From contig NC_133620.1 of NCBI RefSeq assembly GCF_048593235.1, forward strand, positions 373,331,261 to 373,395,260: a stretch of 64,000 bases of DNA, in the 5' to 3' direction. This DNA comes from Sminthopsis crassicaudata (taxonomy: Eukaryota). How positions within the stretch are numbered: position 1 is the first letter of the stretch; each line of letters starts with the position of its first letter. Position numbers and translations under genes: made by a program. Of the stretch, positions 62,835 through 64,000 are shown one piece after another. The notes beneath the pieces were generated by a model. It did not search any database and was not told where the DNA came from. It worked only from the letters and a program-made list of their open reading frames with translations.

Positions 62835-64000
62835 GTTTGAGAATGGGTCAGAAAGTCTCGTGGAGGCAGCGGCCCGAGGTCTTTGGGGAAACCAGTCTGG
62901 CTCTTTGGTCATCCCTCCCCCACCCCCACCCCTATCCCCTGGTCCAGCCGCAGGCCAAAGCCTGGGCTTCGTGCAAGTAACTCCACAAAAACAGGAAGAA
63001 AACCTGAAGCTGGAGATGGGTGGGGGTGGGGGAAGCATGGGGGAAGAGGTGCTCAGGGAGGCAGTGCTCAGTCTGCCCCATCTCTAATCTTTCTAGCTCG
63101 CTTTGAGGGTCTGTTTTTATTCCAAATCTGTGGAATCTTAAACACTTCTCTCGGAAAAACCGGGCAACTCTAGCAGCTTCTCTAGAACTAAACCTGGCGG
63201 CCCTGCCTCCACGCCATCCTCCGTGCCCAGCCTTCCCAACACCAGAATCTGACAATATTGGGGGGTGGGGAAAAACGAGGGAGGGAATGGACTCTTGTGT
63301 CTTAGTCCAGTATCTATTTTCTCCCTCACCCCGTAATCCTGGCTCCACCCCGCTAAGCTGTTTCCCCTAATCCCAGAGGTGGGGGAGGTGGTGGTCAGCT
63401 TGCTTTATTCAACTGTCCACCCAGAGCTTCCTAAACCTGCCCGTCAGCTGGCACCGACCAGCATCATTGGCCCTGCCGTTTATTATAACCCGCAAGTCCC
63501 TTGCTGCCTGGTATTGGCACCTGGGGCAGGGCACGAAACTTTGCTTTATCCAAATCCTGGGGCCGACGGCCTCTGCCCTTTTGGCTCCAGAGAAGTCGGC
63601 ATGCCCTGGTTAGTGCCCACTGGCACCAAGGAGGCTAGCTGGCGATATTGGTCTCCCCCTCTTCATCTCTTTATTGCACCCCCCCCAAACCAAGATGGGG
63701 CAGATTTGACTCAGGGCCCAGTTTCAAGAGAGCTGCCCACCTGCCCGGCCGGTCGAGCAGGCCTGACAGTGAGGGGAGCCTGGGGGGGTGGGGGTGGGGG
63801 GTGGCTGGCAAGGGGGGAAGATTGGGGCGGGGCCCCCAGCTTCCCGTCCCCCCCCAAGGCAAACAGACCAAACAGACCTCGCCTGGTTCCCTGGCACCCC
63901 CAGCACAGCTGCCCTCCCCACCCCCCAACTACCACCACACCCGTCCATGCCCACGAGGTCTTAGCAAGAGGGGGCATGCCAGGCAGGGTGGGGATGGGGC

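Noticed and set aside
50700-64000. Numerous 100-230 aa Pro/Gly/Arg-rich ORFs on both strands
   Set aside because: Expected from stop-codon scarcity in very GC-rich DNA. None shows BTB or C2H2 motifs, so the ZBTB7B coding exons are outside the window.

Overview
This is eukaryotic genomic DNA from a marsupial; the young CORE-SINE at ~41 kb looks WSINE1-type, which suggests an Australian, possibly dasyurid, species. The block is syntenic with human 1q21.3. Order: PBXIP1(-), PYGO2(-), SHC1(-), CKS1B(+; bidirectional promoter shared with SHC1), FLAD1(+), LENEP(+), then ~13 kb of GC-rich non-coding sequence inferred to be the ZBTB7B/ThPOK 5' region, whose coding exons lie beyond the window. All six complete genes were assembled by hand with GT-AG junctions and consistent phase: PBXIP1 730 aa, PYGO2 407 aa, p66Shc 569 aa, CKS1B 79 aa, FLAD1 484 aa and LENEP 61 aa. 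Introns carry MIR/MIR3, MAR1, L2, L3/CR1 and L1 relics, and a decayed 7SL RNA copy sits at the left edge. I found no CRISPR array, rRNA or genuine tRNA gene, and no clearly new multi-gene system. The best leads are translational: (1) a putative CUG-initiated, Arg-rich mitochondrial presequence plus an overlapping uORF in FLAD1; (2) splice-created uORFs whose stop overlaps the next AUG (AUGA) in SHC1-p52 and PYGO2. Other leads are a WKDEK coding repeat in PBXIP1 and an inverted ZNF143-motif pair in the ZBTB7B region. Human and mouse comparisons come from memory and need alignment; repeat boundaries are approximate.
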